Shown here in pieces: positions 12,975 to 22,731 of a stretch of DNA of 64,000 nt. Numbering within the stretch: the first letter of the stretch is position 1; every line of letters starts with the position of its first letter. Origin of the DNA: Takakia lepidozioides (taxonomy: Eukaryota > Plantae > Bryophyta); assembly GCA_030704615.1 (NCBI GenBank), contig CM060733.1, positions 22,692,001 to 22,756,000 of the forward strand, written 5' to 3'. The notes under the pieces were generated by a model, which was not told where the DNA came from, did no database searches, and saw only the letters and a list, made by a program, of their open reading frames with translations. Made by a program: the position numbers and the translations under genes.

Positions 12975-12985
12975 GGTATCAGAGC
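12974..12985 (+). promoter_or_regulatory. Primer-binding site (initiator tRNA-Met)
   Basis: TGGTATCAGAGC directly abutting the repeat. Confidence 0.9.
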
Positions 12986-13041
12986 AGGCCGGTCTTTGAT
13001 CCGGGAAATGTAGGATTTAGTGTAGCAAGATAGGGGAGTGA

Positions 13042-16000
13042 TTGCGAGCAATGGTGACTAACATTCCATTTTACGGGAAGGAGGATGAGGATGTTTACAG
13101 CTGGATCCAGAATCTGAAAAGGGATGGTGAAATCCGGAGCTATGATAAGCACAAGTTATTTGTATCGGCATGGCTGAATCTCAAGGGACGGGCGGATACT
13201 TGGCATCGTATACAAAAACCAAGGCCCATGAGCTGGCATGATTTTCAAGTAGCCATAATCTTGAAATTTGGAGGAGAAGATCAATCAAGTAAGAATGAAG
13301 TGATGTTAGCAAGGAAGTTTGATGAGATAGATACCAATGTGGAAGAGTCTGTTACAGGGATGGAAGAGAAATTATCTCTGATTGAGAAGGATAAGCACAA
13401 CAGGTTCACACCTGTGAGTTCTATTGATCATAAACCTATACCAGATCACAAAACAATGTCACGGAGGTGCTTTAGGGAGAAGAACCACACCAGTGAAGTC
13501 CCTGCAATGCTTCCTCGAGTTCTCAACTTGAACAAAACAAGGCAGCAAGTAGAGTGTTGCACTGCATGTCCATCAAGACAGAATCAGATCCGAAGTGAAA
13601 AGAATCACCGGCTGGGGCTGCAAATGGGAACATGTGGAATGCAAGATTCAGGCTGTGAAATGTTGGAACAATGGGAGTCGAAGAGCAGCAGAAGGATGGA
13701 GTTCGAATGTGTAAGTCCTCTTGGCACAAACGTTGTGAATGTGTTTTGTGATGTAGAGGAAGAGATCATGGAAGACATCTTTTGTTCAATAGAGGATCAA
13801 TCAGGTGTCAATGAAGAGTGTGCACCTAGATTGCAAGTTCCTGTGCAGATCCTAAGGTCTTCTACAAGGGCACATGTAGATCAAGACATGCTTGGGGAGT
13901 GTGGGCATAGTGTTGCCAACTCACCAAGGATTAGTGGTACAACCTGTGGAGTGAGTGTCATGAGAAAGGAAGATGTCAAGGAGTCTTGGAAAGATCTGAT
14001 GGAATGGGTGGAGGAAGAGTATGGGCAGAGCGTCACCAACTCGCCAAGGATTGGTGGTACAACCTGTGAAGTGAGTGTCTTGAGAGACGAAGATGACAAG
14101 GAGTCTTGGGCAGATCTGATGGAATGGGTGGAGGAAGAGTATGGGCAGAGCGTCACCAACTCGCCAAGGATTGGTGGTACAACCTGTGAAGTGAGTGTCT
14201 TGAGAGACGAAGATGACAAGGAGTCTTGGGCAGATCTGATGGGATGGGTAGAGGAAGAGTGTACATTGCTCGCTCAAACGAGAAAGGGTCTGGATCAAGA
14301 TGCACCTCTGGAATCAGACATAAAGGATGCACAGTTGGAGATAGAGCAAGACATGCGGAAAAAATGTGGAACCAAGCAAGAGTTAGAAGCAAGGGATGAT
14401 TGTCTTGATCATGATACCGCCACCACACCAATATACAGAAATCTTGATGTCATCAACGACAACGTGCAAGGGTTGTGTGGTCAAAATTTATTGAGTGAAG
14501 AAGAGTTCAGAAGTAGGAAGTTTCAGTTGGACGACCAATGCTATGTAGATGGGCAGGTCACTGCCTTTTGTTCATCCAAGAAGGGTCATATGGAGTGTAA
14601 AGAAAGACACACATGTGGACACCAATTGGGAATGGGAGGAGTGAGATGTGCGCAATGCAAGACAAAGGAGGACAATGAACCTGAATACAAAAGGAGTTCG
14701 GAACACTCAAGTAAAGGAGGACATACGACCAATATAGCACATGAGAAGGATGACAAGGAAGATGGTATGTCCAAGTGGATGTTGGTTGAGTGCACAAGAG
14801 ACATCAGCTTGCATGACAACTTGGGATCAGATGTAAGTCCGCTGAAATCACCAGTTCGTGCCAAAAGCCAGAGTGTCTCTCCAGCCCTTGAAACTGTAGA
14901 TGTTGATACAAGGATACTTGAATTCCCACCCACAAAACAAAGGATGGGAGATTTGAGTACCGTTCACAAGAAAGATTTGAAATCTTCTCACGGTTCAACA
15001 CTCTTGTTGTGGAAAATGGGGAAACTAGCAGCAAAGTTTGACTCTCTTAGAGAGATGCATCTTGGGATGGAGAGGATGCATAGGGATCAGAAAGAGAAGG
15101 TTGGCCTTTCTGCTGAGAAAACCCTGGTTGACCTGATAACGTTCAGAGGTCAGCCAATGAACTGTGCCCAGCAAAGTGTATGGGATCCGGGTACACAAGG
15201 AGATCTGAGAATGCTCAGTGCAAACTCAAGCATTGAAGTGAAGGAGCTGCATGTCTTGTGTGGGAGGCAGCTCAATACAAGTCACGTCTCTGTAGAGAGT
15301 AATCTGCAGCCTATGGAGCTGAAAAAGCAAGAGCAGAGCAGCTCTGGAACAGCCGCTCCACTAAGTGACAGTTTAATTGAGGAAAGAAGTGGAGAAGGTC
15401 GTGAAAAGGGTGACTCGGTGGTGCTGTATGAAGGAGAGATGAAGGTAAGAGAGCTTGTTGTTCAGAGTGATGTGCAGACTGGAAGTACTCATAGTTGGAG
15501 TCTGGGATTGGAGGAGGAAGGTTCAAGGACGAGACCTCAGAAACCAGAAATGCAGGACACTATAGCATTGTTGGACAAAACATTCATGGCAAAGGGAAGG
15601 CCAAGAAGATCATTACACTTTGTCACTGAAGTCAAGAATGGAGATAAAGCAACGATGCAGGCTGAGTGCCATCATCCCCAAGCATACCTAGATCATTGGC
15701 ATCACACGGGTGCTAATGGCCTTGAAGAGTGCTTTGACATTGTAACTGAAGGAGCTAAGGCTATGCCAGCAGATGCAATTCAGAGAGGCAATGAGCTTTC
15801 TACAGATGCTGGAGATGAAGGAGAGAAGCCCAAACAGGTGACGTTCCTGTGTGTGTTGAATGCATGTGCGAACCTGACAGACCTGGTAAGAGTCGAAGAG
15901 GTCCATGATGACAGTATCAAATCTGGTATTGCACCAGATATCATTATGGATACTTCCATTGTTGACAGGTATGCCAAACGTGGAAGCATGAAGGGTGCAC

Positions 16001-16803
16001 AACACATGTGTGACAATATGTCTCACAGAAAAGTGGGGTCATGGAGAGAAATGATTGCAGGTTATGCACAGCATGGCTCTGAAGGACAGACCCCACAACT
16101 GTCTCAACAAATGGAGCAGGAAGGAAATGAGGCAGCACGAAAGGTGCGAATGTCGATGGGAGCACAAGTGATAGCTGAGATTCAAAACAAGGAGCCAGGG
16201 AGCAACAACAAAATTGGGAAACGCTGGTTTGTAGGGGAAGGAGATCAGGACCTGCCTGGCATGAACTACAAGAAGAGGAAGAAGGTATTGTCACAAATTG
16301 GAATTGCTCTAGCCGGCGGAAAAGATGGACCATCGGGACGCTGTCACTTGAACAGGAAGGGCTGGACGACGATGCAAGCTCAGGGATGGAGCACGAAAAT
16401 TATGGCCAAGGAGGAAGGCCATGAAATTGGCATGATAAGCTACATGGAAACCAGATGGTGGTGTCAGCTTGAGAACAACACTGCTTGCACCAGCCAGACA
16501 GAAGTGGCCTTGAAGATTGTGAGCAGAGAGGGGCTTTCTTTTGCTGAAGGCCAAGGCAAGACAATCAGAAACAATATCACAGACGGACCTCTCCAAGATA
16601 GCTGGAGCAGAAACAGAAAGGGAATCAACACAATGTACCTGTTGGGAGTACCTTATGATCCTGGAAGGGAAGCTGGCCGATGGTGCAGGCTGAAAGATAA
16701 AGCAGGCAGGGAATGGGTAAGAGGTAGGCACGACTTGAAACCTTTCATATCACCAGTAGGTGTTCAGCTGGTGAAGGTGGTCAGTGAGGACCCTGACACT
16801 TAA
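13042..16803 (+). CDS. 1253-aa Gag-like protein with 40-aa tandem repeats and captured degenerate PLS-type PPR motifs (likely ATG at 13051)
   Basis: N-terminal FYGKEDEDVYSWI..LKGRADTW..SWHDFQVAIILKF resembles retrotransposon Gag. KPKQVTFLCVLNACA..SIVDRYAKRGSM..SWREMIAGYAQHG is PPR-like. WDPG and YDPG motifs are present. The ORF is fully open from PBS to PPT. Confidence 0.8.
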   Translation: MRAMVTNIPFYGKEDEDVYSWIQNLKRDGEIRSYDKHKLFVSAWLNLKGRADTWHRIQKPRPMSWHDFQVAIILKFGGEDQSSKNEVMLARKFDEIDTNVEESVTGMEEKLSLIEKDKHNRFTPVSSIDHKPIPDHKTMSRRCFREKNHTSEVPAMLPRVLNLNKTRQQVECCTACPSRQNQIRSEKNHRLGLQMGTCGMQDSGCEMLEQWESKSSRRMEFECVSPLGTNVVNVFCDVEEEIMEDIFCSIEDQSGVNEECAPRLQVPVQILRSSTRAHVDQDMLGECGHSVANSPRISGTTCGVSVMRKEDVKESWKDLMEWVEEEYGQSVTNSPRIGGTTCEVSVLRDEDDKESWADLMEWVEEEYGQSVTNSPRIGGTTCEVSVLRDEDDKESWADLMGWVEEECTLLAQTRKGLDQDAPLESDIKDAQLEIEQDMRKKCGTKQELEARDDCLDHDTATTPIYRNLDVINDNVQGLCGQNLLSEEEFRSRKFQLDDQCYVDGQVTAFCSSKKGHMECKERHTCGHQLGMGGVRCAQCKTKEDNEPEYKRSSEHSSKGGHTTNIAHEKDDKEDGMSKWMLVECTRDISLHDNLGSDVSPLKSPVRAKSQSVSPALETVDVDTRILEFPPTKQRMGDLSTVHKKDLKSSHGSTLLLWKMGKLAAKFDSLREMHLGMERMHRDQKEKVGLSAEKTLVDLITFRGQPMNCAQQSVWDPGTQGDLRMLSANSSIEVKELHVLCGRQLNTSHVSVESNLQPMELKKQEQSSSGTAAPLSDSLIEERSGEGREKGDSVVLYEGEMKVRELVVQSDVQTGSTHSWSLGLEEEGSRTRPQKPEMQDTIALLDKTFMAKGRPRRSLHFVTEVKNGDKATMQAECHHPQAYLDHWHHTGANGLEECFDIVTEGAKAMPADAIQRGNELSTDAGDEGEKPKQVTFLCVLNACANLTDLVRVEEVHDDSIKSGIAPDIIMDTSIVDRYAKRGSMKGAQHMCDNMSHRKVGSWREMIAGYAQHGSEGQTPQLSQQMEQEGNEAARKVRMSMGAQVIAEIQNKEPGSNNKIGKRWFVGEGDQDLPGMNYKKRKKVLSQIGIALAGGKDGPSGRCHLNRKGWTTMQAQGWSTKIMAKEEGHEIGMISYMETRWWCQLENNTACTSQTEVALKIVSREGLSFAEGQGKTIRNNITDGPLQDSWSRNRKGINTMYLLGVPYDPGREAGRWCRLKDKAGREWVRGRHDLKPFISPVGVQLVKVVSEDPDT
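13895..14262 (+). repeat. 120-bp tandem repeat x3 (in-frame 40-aa unit)
   Basis: GxSVxNSPRIxGTTCxVSVxRxEDxKESWxDLMxWVEEE repeated three times. Confidence 0.9.
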
Positions 16804-16823
16804 AAAGGGAGACACACTACATA

Positions 16824-18973
16824 TGTAGTGTGAAGGCAGGGGAGTAACATGGAAATTTTTGTTGGGAATCAAATTACGGCATTGGTGAAGAAGGGAGTGC
16901 CTGGTACTAATGTCGGGAGAGAATTACCCAGGCCTACAGGTAATTCCATGGGAACACTATGCTCTTGCTCTGCCAGGACAAAATATGGCTAAGTCATAAC
17001 ATGCGCATTTTCATCCTTGGAATGAATGATTTTCGTCGCGTATGTTTAACCTAGAAACTCGAGCTGAGGAAAACGAGGAGGAAGACGACGGGCAACTCTT
17101 CACAGCTGCTGCCGTAGTGTTGTCAGGCAGGCTGGCTTGGGAACTTACACCTGCACCATGTGAATCAGCTTGCCTTAAAGCGCGACGTTAAGGGATCTGC
17201 TTGGCATTTTGTGCAAGGAGAAGCGGTGCCTCTTTCTGCGTGGTGATAATCAATTTTGAAAGCTGAGCAGGTGCTAAGAGCAGTGCACTACCGCTGCCGC
17301 CATTGTCTTGAAGAGTACAGTTATGAGGAGATGGAGCGCAACAACAGCTGTTGGGGAATGAGAAGTGCAGGCTGGTGTGGATGCGACTCAGGTCATCTGT
17401 AATTAAAACTTGTAGTAGCCTTCTGTCTTAGAGCTGTAGGAGCACATCAATCCTTAGGGCAGAAGTACACATGTAGAGGGATAGGGTAGAGGTTGGCAAG
17501 CACAAGGATGTTGCCAGCTAATGAAGCAAGCCGTCATGACATGATGAGAACTGGAATCAAGATGAGGAGAAGCGTTGAATATGGCTGCTGACAGCGATGG
17601 TGAGGTGCCAGCTTAGCAGGCAGAACCACCGCTTCACACGAGTATAAGACAGATAAGTTCTAAGAGTGTTGGTCTCTCTTTTTGGGCACTTAGGAATGAC
17701 TTTGTGAAGTTTTTGGAACTGTCTCTTGTATCTGCTGAAGGGGACAGAAATGTGAGGAGTAGAAAAGGCCCTTGAAAATGGAATGAAGACACTGGAATTC
17801 AAACCAGGATAGGGTGGAGATGGATGCACCTGTTGTTACACTGTCATTAGGAAAAAGATAGAGGGGACAAGGATAGCTCACATCAGGGTCAGAATGGTTG
17901 CTGTTGTTGTGTTCATTTTCTTTATTTTCAGTGTCTTCAGCCAGCATAAGCAAACCAGCCCTGGATGTTAAAACAGTGGAGCCAGTGTAGAATTAGCTTG
18001 GTGGATAAAGGAGAACAGGGATGGTCAGACAGAAACGGATTTGAAGAACTGAGAGGGATGACGTGGATGGGGAAGAAAAGTCAATACTGTTTTGGGGTTT
18101 GGATCTGATTTATAGAAGTGTTCTCAACATGTGAATGACTGAGGTTTGCATTTGAGGAGAAAAAGAGAGCTGTCAGGGTGTGTGATTTGAGATCTGTAGA
18201 AGGGTTGTGAAGCACCTTGGCCAAATAGGATCCACTTGGGGAAAGATAGTGCAAGGACCAGTCACTGGAGAGAGAGAAAAAGAGAAAGACCGACAGAGGG
18301 GCAGATCATGTCTTGTAACCAAGGTTGACTTCAATGATGGATGCACTGGATGCCTGGCTGGATGTGCATTTGCATTGCATCATAGCCATGCTGTTGTGAA
18401 AAAGTGAGGAATCCACACACCAAGGAAAAAGGATTTGAGAGAAAGAAAAAGTGAAAAGGGAGAAGGGTTGATGAGGGATGGACAAATGGAGAGGCAAGGT
18501 CAAGAAGACATGAACCCTGAATGATCAAACTAGTGGGCCTGCAGTTCATGGCAGATCTGAGCTGTCCACCCACCTAGACCGTGATCTCATTACAAAAAGG
18601 GGCTTCCGACGTGTTGCAGACCAAGGGAACTGCCCACAAGGGCAGTGTTTATCACTGACATAGGGCTGATTGCATCACTGAATACATCGTGGCAGCATAG
18701 TTGGTGCTGTACCTGCAGGTAGAGGATGTTGTGTAAAAGGTAGAACCAAGAGTGAACAACAATTTGACTCCCCATCCATGTCTTCTCTTCCGCTGCGGCG
18801 TGGATGAGGATTGCTTGAACTCTGATCACGAAGGAGCTGAGGGAAACCCACAGCCAACTGACGACAGTAGGACAGAAAAGAAGAACCTTCTTTCTTTTGC
18901 TCCGCTTAGAATGGAAGGAAGCACAATTAGAATTATACAGAAGGGGATTCACGCCCCTTCTTTTCACACTACA
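16824..18973 (+). repeat. 3' LTR
   Basis: TG...CA; copy of 10834-12974 plus CACACTACA. Confidence 0.93.
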
Positions 18974-20075
18974 CTATCACTCCAAGAGGCTCATGACGAT
19001 TGCAATCTGCGAGATGAAAGGGGAGGACACACAGTCTGAGATGCATCTGTGGGAGGGCATAAACGAGCAGATGGCAAGGGCGGGATTGCCAGAGCCCAAT
19101 TTCAGGGGATTCATGGCAGACAACGCTCAGGCCAACTGGGCAGCGGTGCGGTGTGTGTACGGTGAGGACCCCAATGTTCCAATGGAGGGGAAAGAGAGAT
19201 CATGTGGATTCCATTGGATGCAGAGTCTATCCCACTACACTACCAAATTTGTTGCTAGCTCATTCCAGGCTAAACACCGTGTCCTTTGTACGGCGTGGAA
19301 GGATGCACCCACATTTGATGACGCGGAGGTTAAGTTTGCTATCATCGAGGCTTGGTGGAACACGTCAGGTGCAGTGGAGACAACCAATCTGGGAGCATTG
19401 CACAGCTGGTTGGGGTGGTGGCATTTTCGGTATCGACAGTTCGGACAGTACATGCGGGAGGTAGGCTGCTGTCATTTTCGTTCATTTGTGTTTCTGTTAC
19501 GGACATTTCGATTGGTCCCTCACCATTGTTTGTGTCCTTCTAGGAGCGGTGCTTGGATTCCGACACGGACATGCCGAACACGAATATGGCAGAATCGGTC
19601 CACTCCTCCTGGCGAGCGTCTTCTGCCGCACATCTGGTGGACGTAGTGACGGCCACAACGGAGGACATCGACAGAGCAATCATGCAGCAAGCCACGTACT
19701 ACAAGTTCCTGAGCGACAAACAATGGGGCTTTGGGCCGGACAGGGAGGAATTGTTGGTACGAACAGCTTCGAGGTCCAAGAATCCACTAAAATGGGCAAC
19801 AGCATTGCGAGAGAAGATCAAAGGGACGCCTCTGCACCGCAGAGGTGAACACCTAGAGGGGGACGTCCGGACTCGCCCTGTGAGGCGGAGGATTGAAGAG
19901 GAACCCGGGTGCGAAGAGGATTCCTGGAGATCCGACAGGAACATTCGGATAGCACCTCGAGGTCCCGTCATGTTGCCGCACAATGTGTCTTCCAGCAGTG
20001 GAAGCCCAAGAAATTCCAGATCGCCGTCGCCTTCAACCGGGGATTTCGTGCGAGGAATTCCCACCGCTCCCTTGC

Positions 20076-22731
20076 ACGGTTTACAGAAGGGACACCTAGG
20101 AGATTGGGACTTTCAACTGCCTTGGCTAGCTATGGGCTATAGGTTCAGCAAACAAGCTTCACTTGCCTTCTTCTCACCTTACTTTCTTCTCTTCGGCCGA
20201 GAGCCGGATTTGCCTACATCTATTCGCAGGGAGGTTGCAGTAGTTCAATGATCCGGATGTGTGGACACAAGCATGTGCTTAGCGGGCAGAGTTATTCAAG
20301 AGAGTCATGCTTATGGCTTTTAATAACCTTGTTATTGCCCAACACCGAGACACATTGAGGTACACCACTATACGTGAAGAGGGATATCGGCCAAGTGTTC
20401 AGCGTTTTCACCTTGGGGACTATGTGTATTTACACAGACAGCGCCTACGACCTTGGATGTCACAGCAGGACGTGTGATTCTAAGGTTCAGGGAGGTGTTG
20501 CCTTCAGGAGTATTGATTCTGGAGGGTCGAGATGGCATGGTATAGAAGGACCATGTGCACAATTGTGCGCCATGTCACCTTCACATGTGAATGGGGATCC
20601 CAACCTTGCAGTGGTACATGCAGGGTTGCGTTGCATGCTGGTGGCGCCGCAACCATGTTGGTGTGTGACAAATGCTCAAGGGGGTGGCACACAAGATACT
20701 TGACACCGCCACTTGAGGAGGTTCCTATCGGAGAATGGTTGTGTCCACGATGCCTTGAACAGAGGTAATGGGCATGACAATGGTGAGGCGGACAAGTGAT
20801 CCAAGGTCTAGCTAGTGGGACTTCAATGTCATGGATACTCAACTGAAGATCATGGATTGCATGAAGGCAACTAACGATGGGGCTACGTTTGCACCTGGAT
20901 TCTTGATCTATCGACTTCAGGTGTTGGGACTTGTGCGATTGAAGACCAAACGATGATCTTATTGGGGTGGATACTTGCAAGCTATACGGTGTTAGAGGGA
21001 CCTAATCACACTACTACGTTTGGGGGGGGGGGGTTAGCAATGCCCCAGCGACCTCCAACCGCCGCTATTAGCGACGAAAATACTCTACGGCGTCCGGGGC
21101 ACACCACGGACATTTTGTGACGTCGGGAAGTTGCAGAGACGTCGCTCCTGGAACGACGCTAATTAGCATCATTGGGGAATCGCAAACCCCCCGAGCCGCG
21201 GCACCGGCGCGACTTCCGACGTCCAGGCATCCAAAATAAATAAATAAATAATCTGCGACGCCACATAAGGGACGTCCGGGGGTCGTAAATGCGACCCCCA
21301 GACGTCATAGTTTAGTGGGGTACATTTGAATTTAGGTGGGAATTTTGAATTTGAATTTCAAAAACTAGTTGACCATTGACTCCGGTTTTGTCCAATGGCA
21401 GTTCATACATTATAACATTTCTAAGACACTACATATTAACCAACAAATCTACAATACATCTATGTATCACAAAAGCAGTCTAAGTATATATATACATATC
21501 AAGAGTTAACTCCTAGTGACTACCACTATCTCAATCCTATCATTGTATTGCAGATTATGCGTACTCTAAAGGAGCTCTCACACCTGGAACTTGCACCGAG
21601 ACTTGTTCCCAGAGCTCGTCAAGAACAAATATCTATCAATGGCCTAAGTTTTGCAAAACTGCATTGCAACTTATTGTTGGACAATGGCTGTAGTCTGAGG
21701 ATGCCAAGCCCATTATGCTCTACAATCTATTCTCATAATCAATTTTCCGCGACGTCCTGGGGACATCGGGGAATCGCAGCGTCGTAGCCCCAACGACGCT
21801 TTTGCGACGGCGGGAATTTTTTTTTCTTTTTTTTTCTTTTTTTTCTTCTCCGGGGCATTGCGCCGTCGTCGCAGGAACGCCCGGCCATCGCAAAAGCGTT
21901 GCTGGGCTGCAGCGCTGCGACGCCTCGTTGCGCTTCCCCGGCATCGCAGCATCCGGGGGCATCGCAGCGAATTGTTGCGACGCCAAAGCGACGCAATGTG
22001 AGGAATGGGGTCAGGCCCCTTCCGGTGACGGCATGGCATCGCAAGATGCCACAACGTCGTCCCAGCGGCGTTGATACCTTGACGTCGCAAGTCCCGGGCC
22101 GGGCGCGTGTGCGACACTGCAGTTGCAGGGGGGTCGGCGCGTCTGGCGCACCCGGGGTCCCGGCGTCGCTAACCCCCCCTAAACGTAGTAGTGTCACCAG
22201 CTAGGGGGGCGATTGTGGCGTGGCTTTCTAGGACTATATGCTAGGAAGTGTGGTTGGACAGCGATGTATGTTGTGGCACGATGCTTAGGTGCACGACAGC
22301 TGTCATGGTTTTGTTTGTGATTAGTTAGGATTGTTATTTCTAACTAATTAGGACATTATACATTTATATTTGTATTTTGTTGGCATTGGGACTTCATTTG
22401 GTTCCATGTGCCAAGTGAGGTAGCGAACCTCACTTGGGACGTGGAGAGGTTATCTCCACGTGAGACGTAGGTAGATTCGTCTTCTTCTAGTCGAGCCTCC
22501 CGATGCCTCTATCGCCGCCATAGCTCTAGTACTTGAGATGGAGAGTGGGTGAGGTCTGTATGGTGGAGTCCTTTAGCAAAGGTGCCATTGCTTGACTTAT
22601 ATAATGTGATATAGTGATTTCTCATCTTTTCACCATTTCCGTATCATTGTGGCGTGGCTTTCTAGAACTATATGCTAGGAAGTGTGGTTGGACAACGATG
22701 TATGTTGTGGCACGATGCTTAAGTGCACAAC
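20076..22731 (+). mobile_element. 3' fragment of a Ty3/Gypsy element: integrase C-term + PHD finger, PPT, LTR from 22214
   Basis: DWDFQLPWLAMGYRFSKQAS..SPYFLLFGREP; MLVCDKCSRGWHTRYLTPPLEEVPIGEWLCPRC (PHD, ~20630-20768); AGGGGGGC then TGTGGCG at 22214. The first ~84 bp of the LTR recur at 22648-22731. Confidence 0.8.
21009..22193. mobile_element. Non-autonomous CACTA (En/Spm) element, 1185 bp, 3-bp TSD TCA
   Basis: TIR CACTACTACGTTT(G/A)GGGGGG..TTAGC / ..CCCCCCTAAACGTAGTAGTG; TCA at 21006-21008 and 22194-22196; GC-rich GCGACG/CGTCG subterminal repeats; AT-rich core. Confidence 0.95.

Larger units (their letters stand above)
10834..18973 (+). mobile_element. Young non-autonomous LTR retroelement (Gag-only, LARD/TR-GAG-like) with 4-bp TSD CTAT
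   Basis: Termini TGTAGTGTGAA...TTCACACTACA; CTAT at 10830-10833 and 18974-18977; direct repeats offset 5990 bp; PBS TGGTATCAGAGC at 12974; PPT at 16802-16812; no RT or integrase. Confidence 0.93.
8604..20075 (+). mobile_element. MULE-like DNA transposon copy C: one terminus, internal deletion, transposase interrupted by an LTR element, 3' truncated
   Basis: Starts GGGGGCTGCTATTTCATGAGCC with CATGAGC subterminal repeats. 8604-9309 is the reverse complement of ~52124-52830 and is then fused to the transposase. Confidence 0.8.
9307..20075 (+). pseudogene. MULE transposase (GCM-like Zn finger + DDE) of copy C. Segments 9307-10833, 18978-19460 and 19544-~20075; intron 19461-19543
   Basis: WCVTKTS..CAGKLRC..C..C..HVGVHCHP; MFDHIK (D1); FMADNAQAN (D2); CGFHW (CxxH); NMAESVH (E). 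Removing 10834-18977 restores VYDYHSKRLMTIA in frame. Confidence 0.88.

Noticed and set aside
12974-12985. Endogenous caulimovirid origin (TGGTATCAGAGC)
   Set aside because: No movement protein, RT or coat-protein order; the long direct repeats, TG..CA ends and TSD indicate an LTR element.
11567-13013. Short ORFs in the 2.1-kb LTRs (and their duplicates at +5990) as genes
   Set aside because: No recognisable domains; they are duplicated only because the LTR is.
21548-22204. Overlapping ORFs in the CACTA element
   Set aside because: Products of GC-rich subterminal repeats; no transposase motifs.
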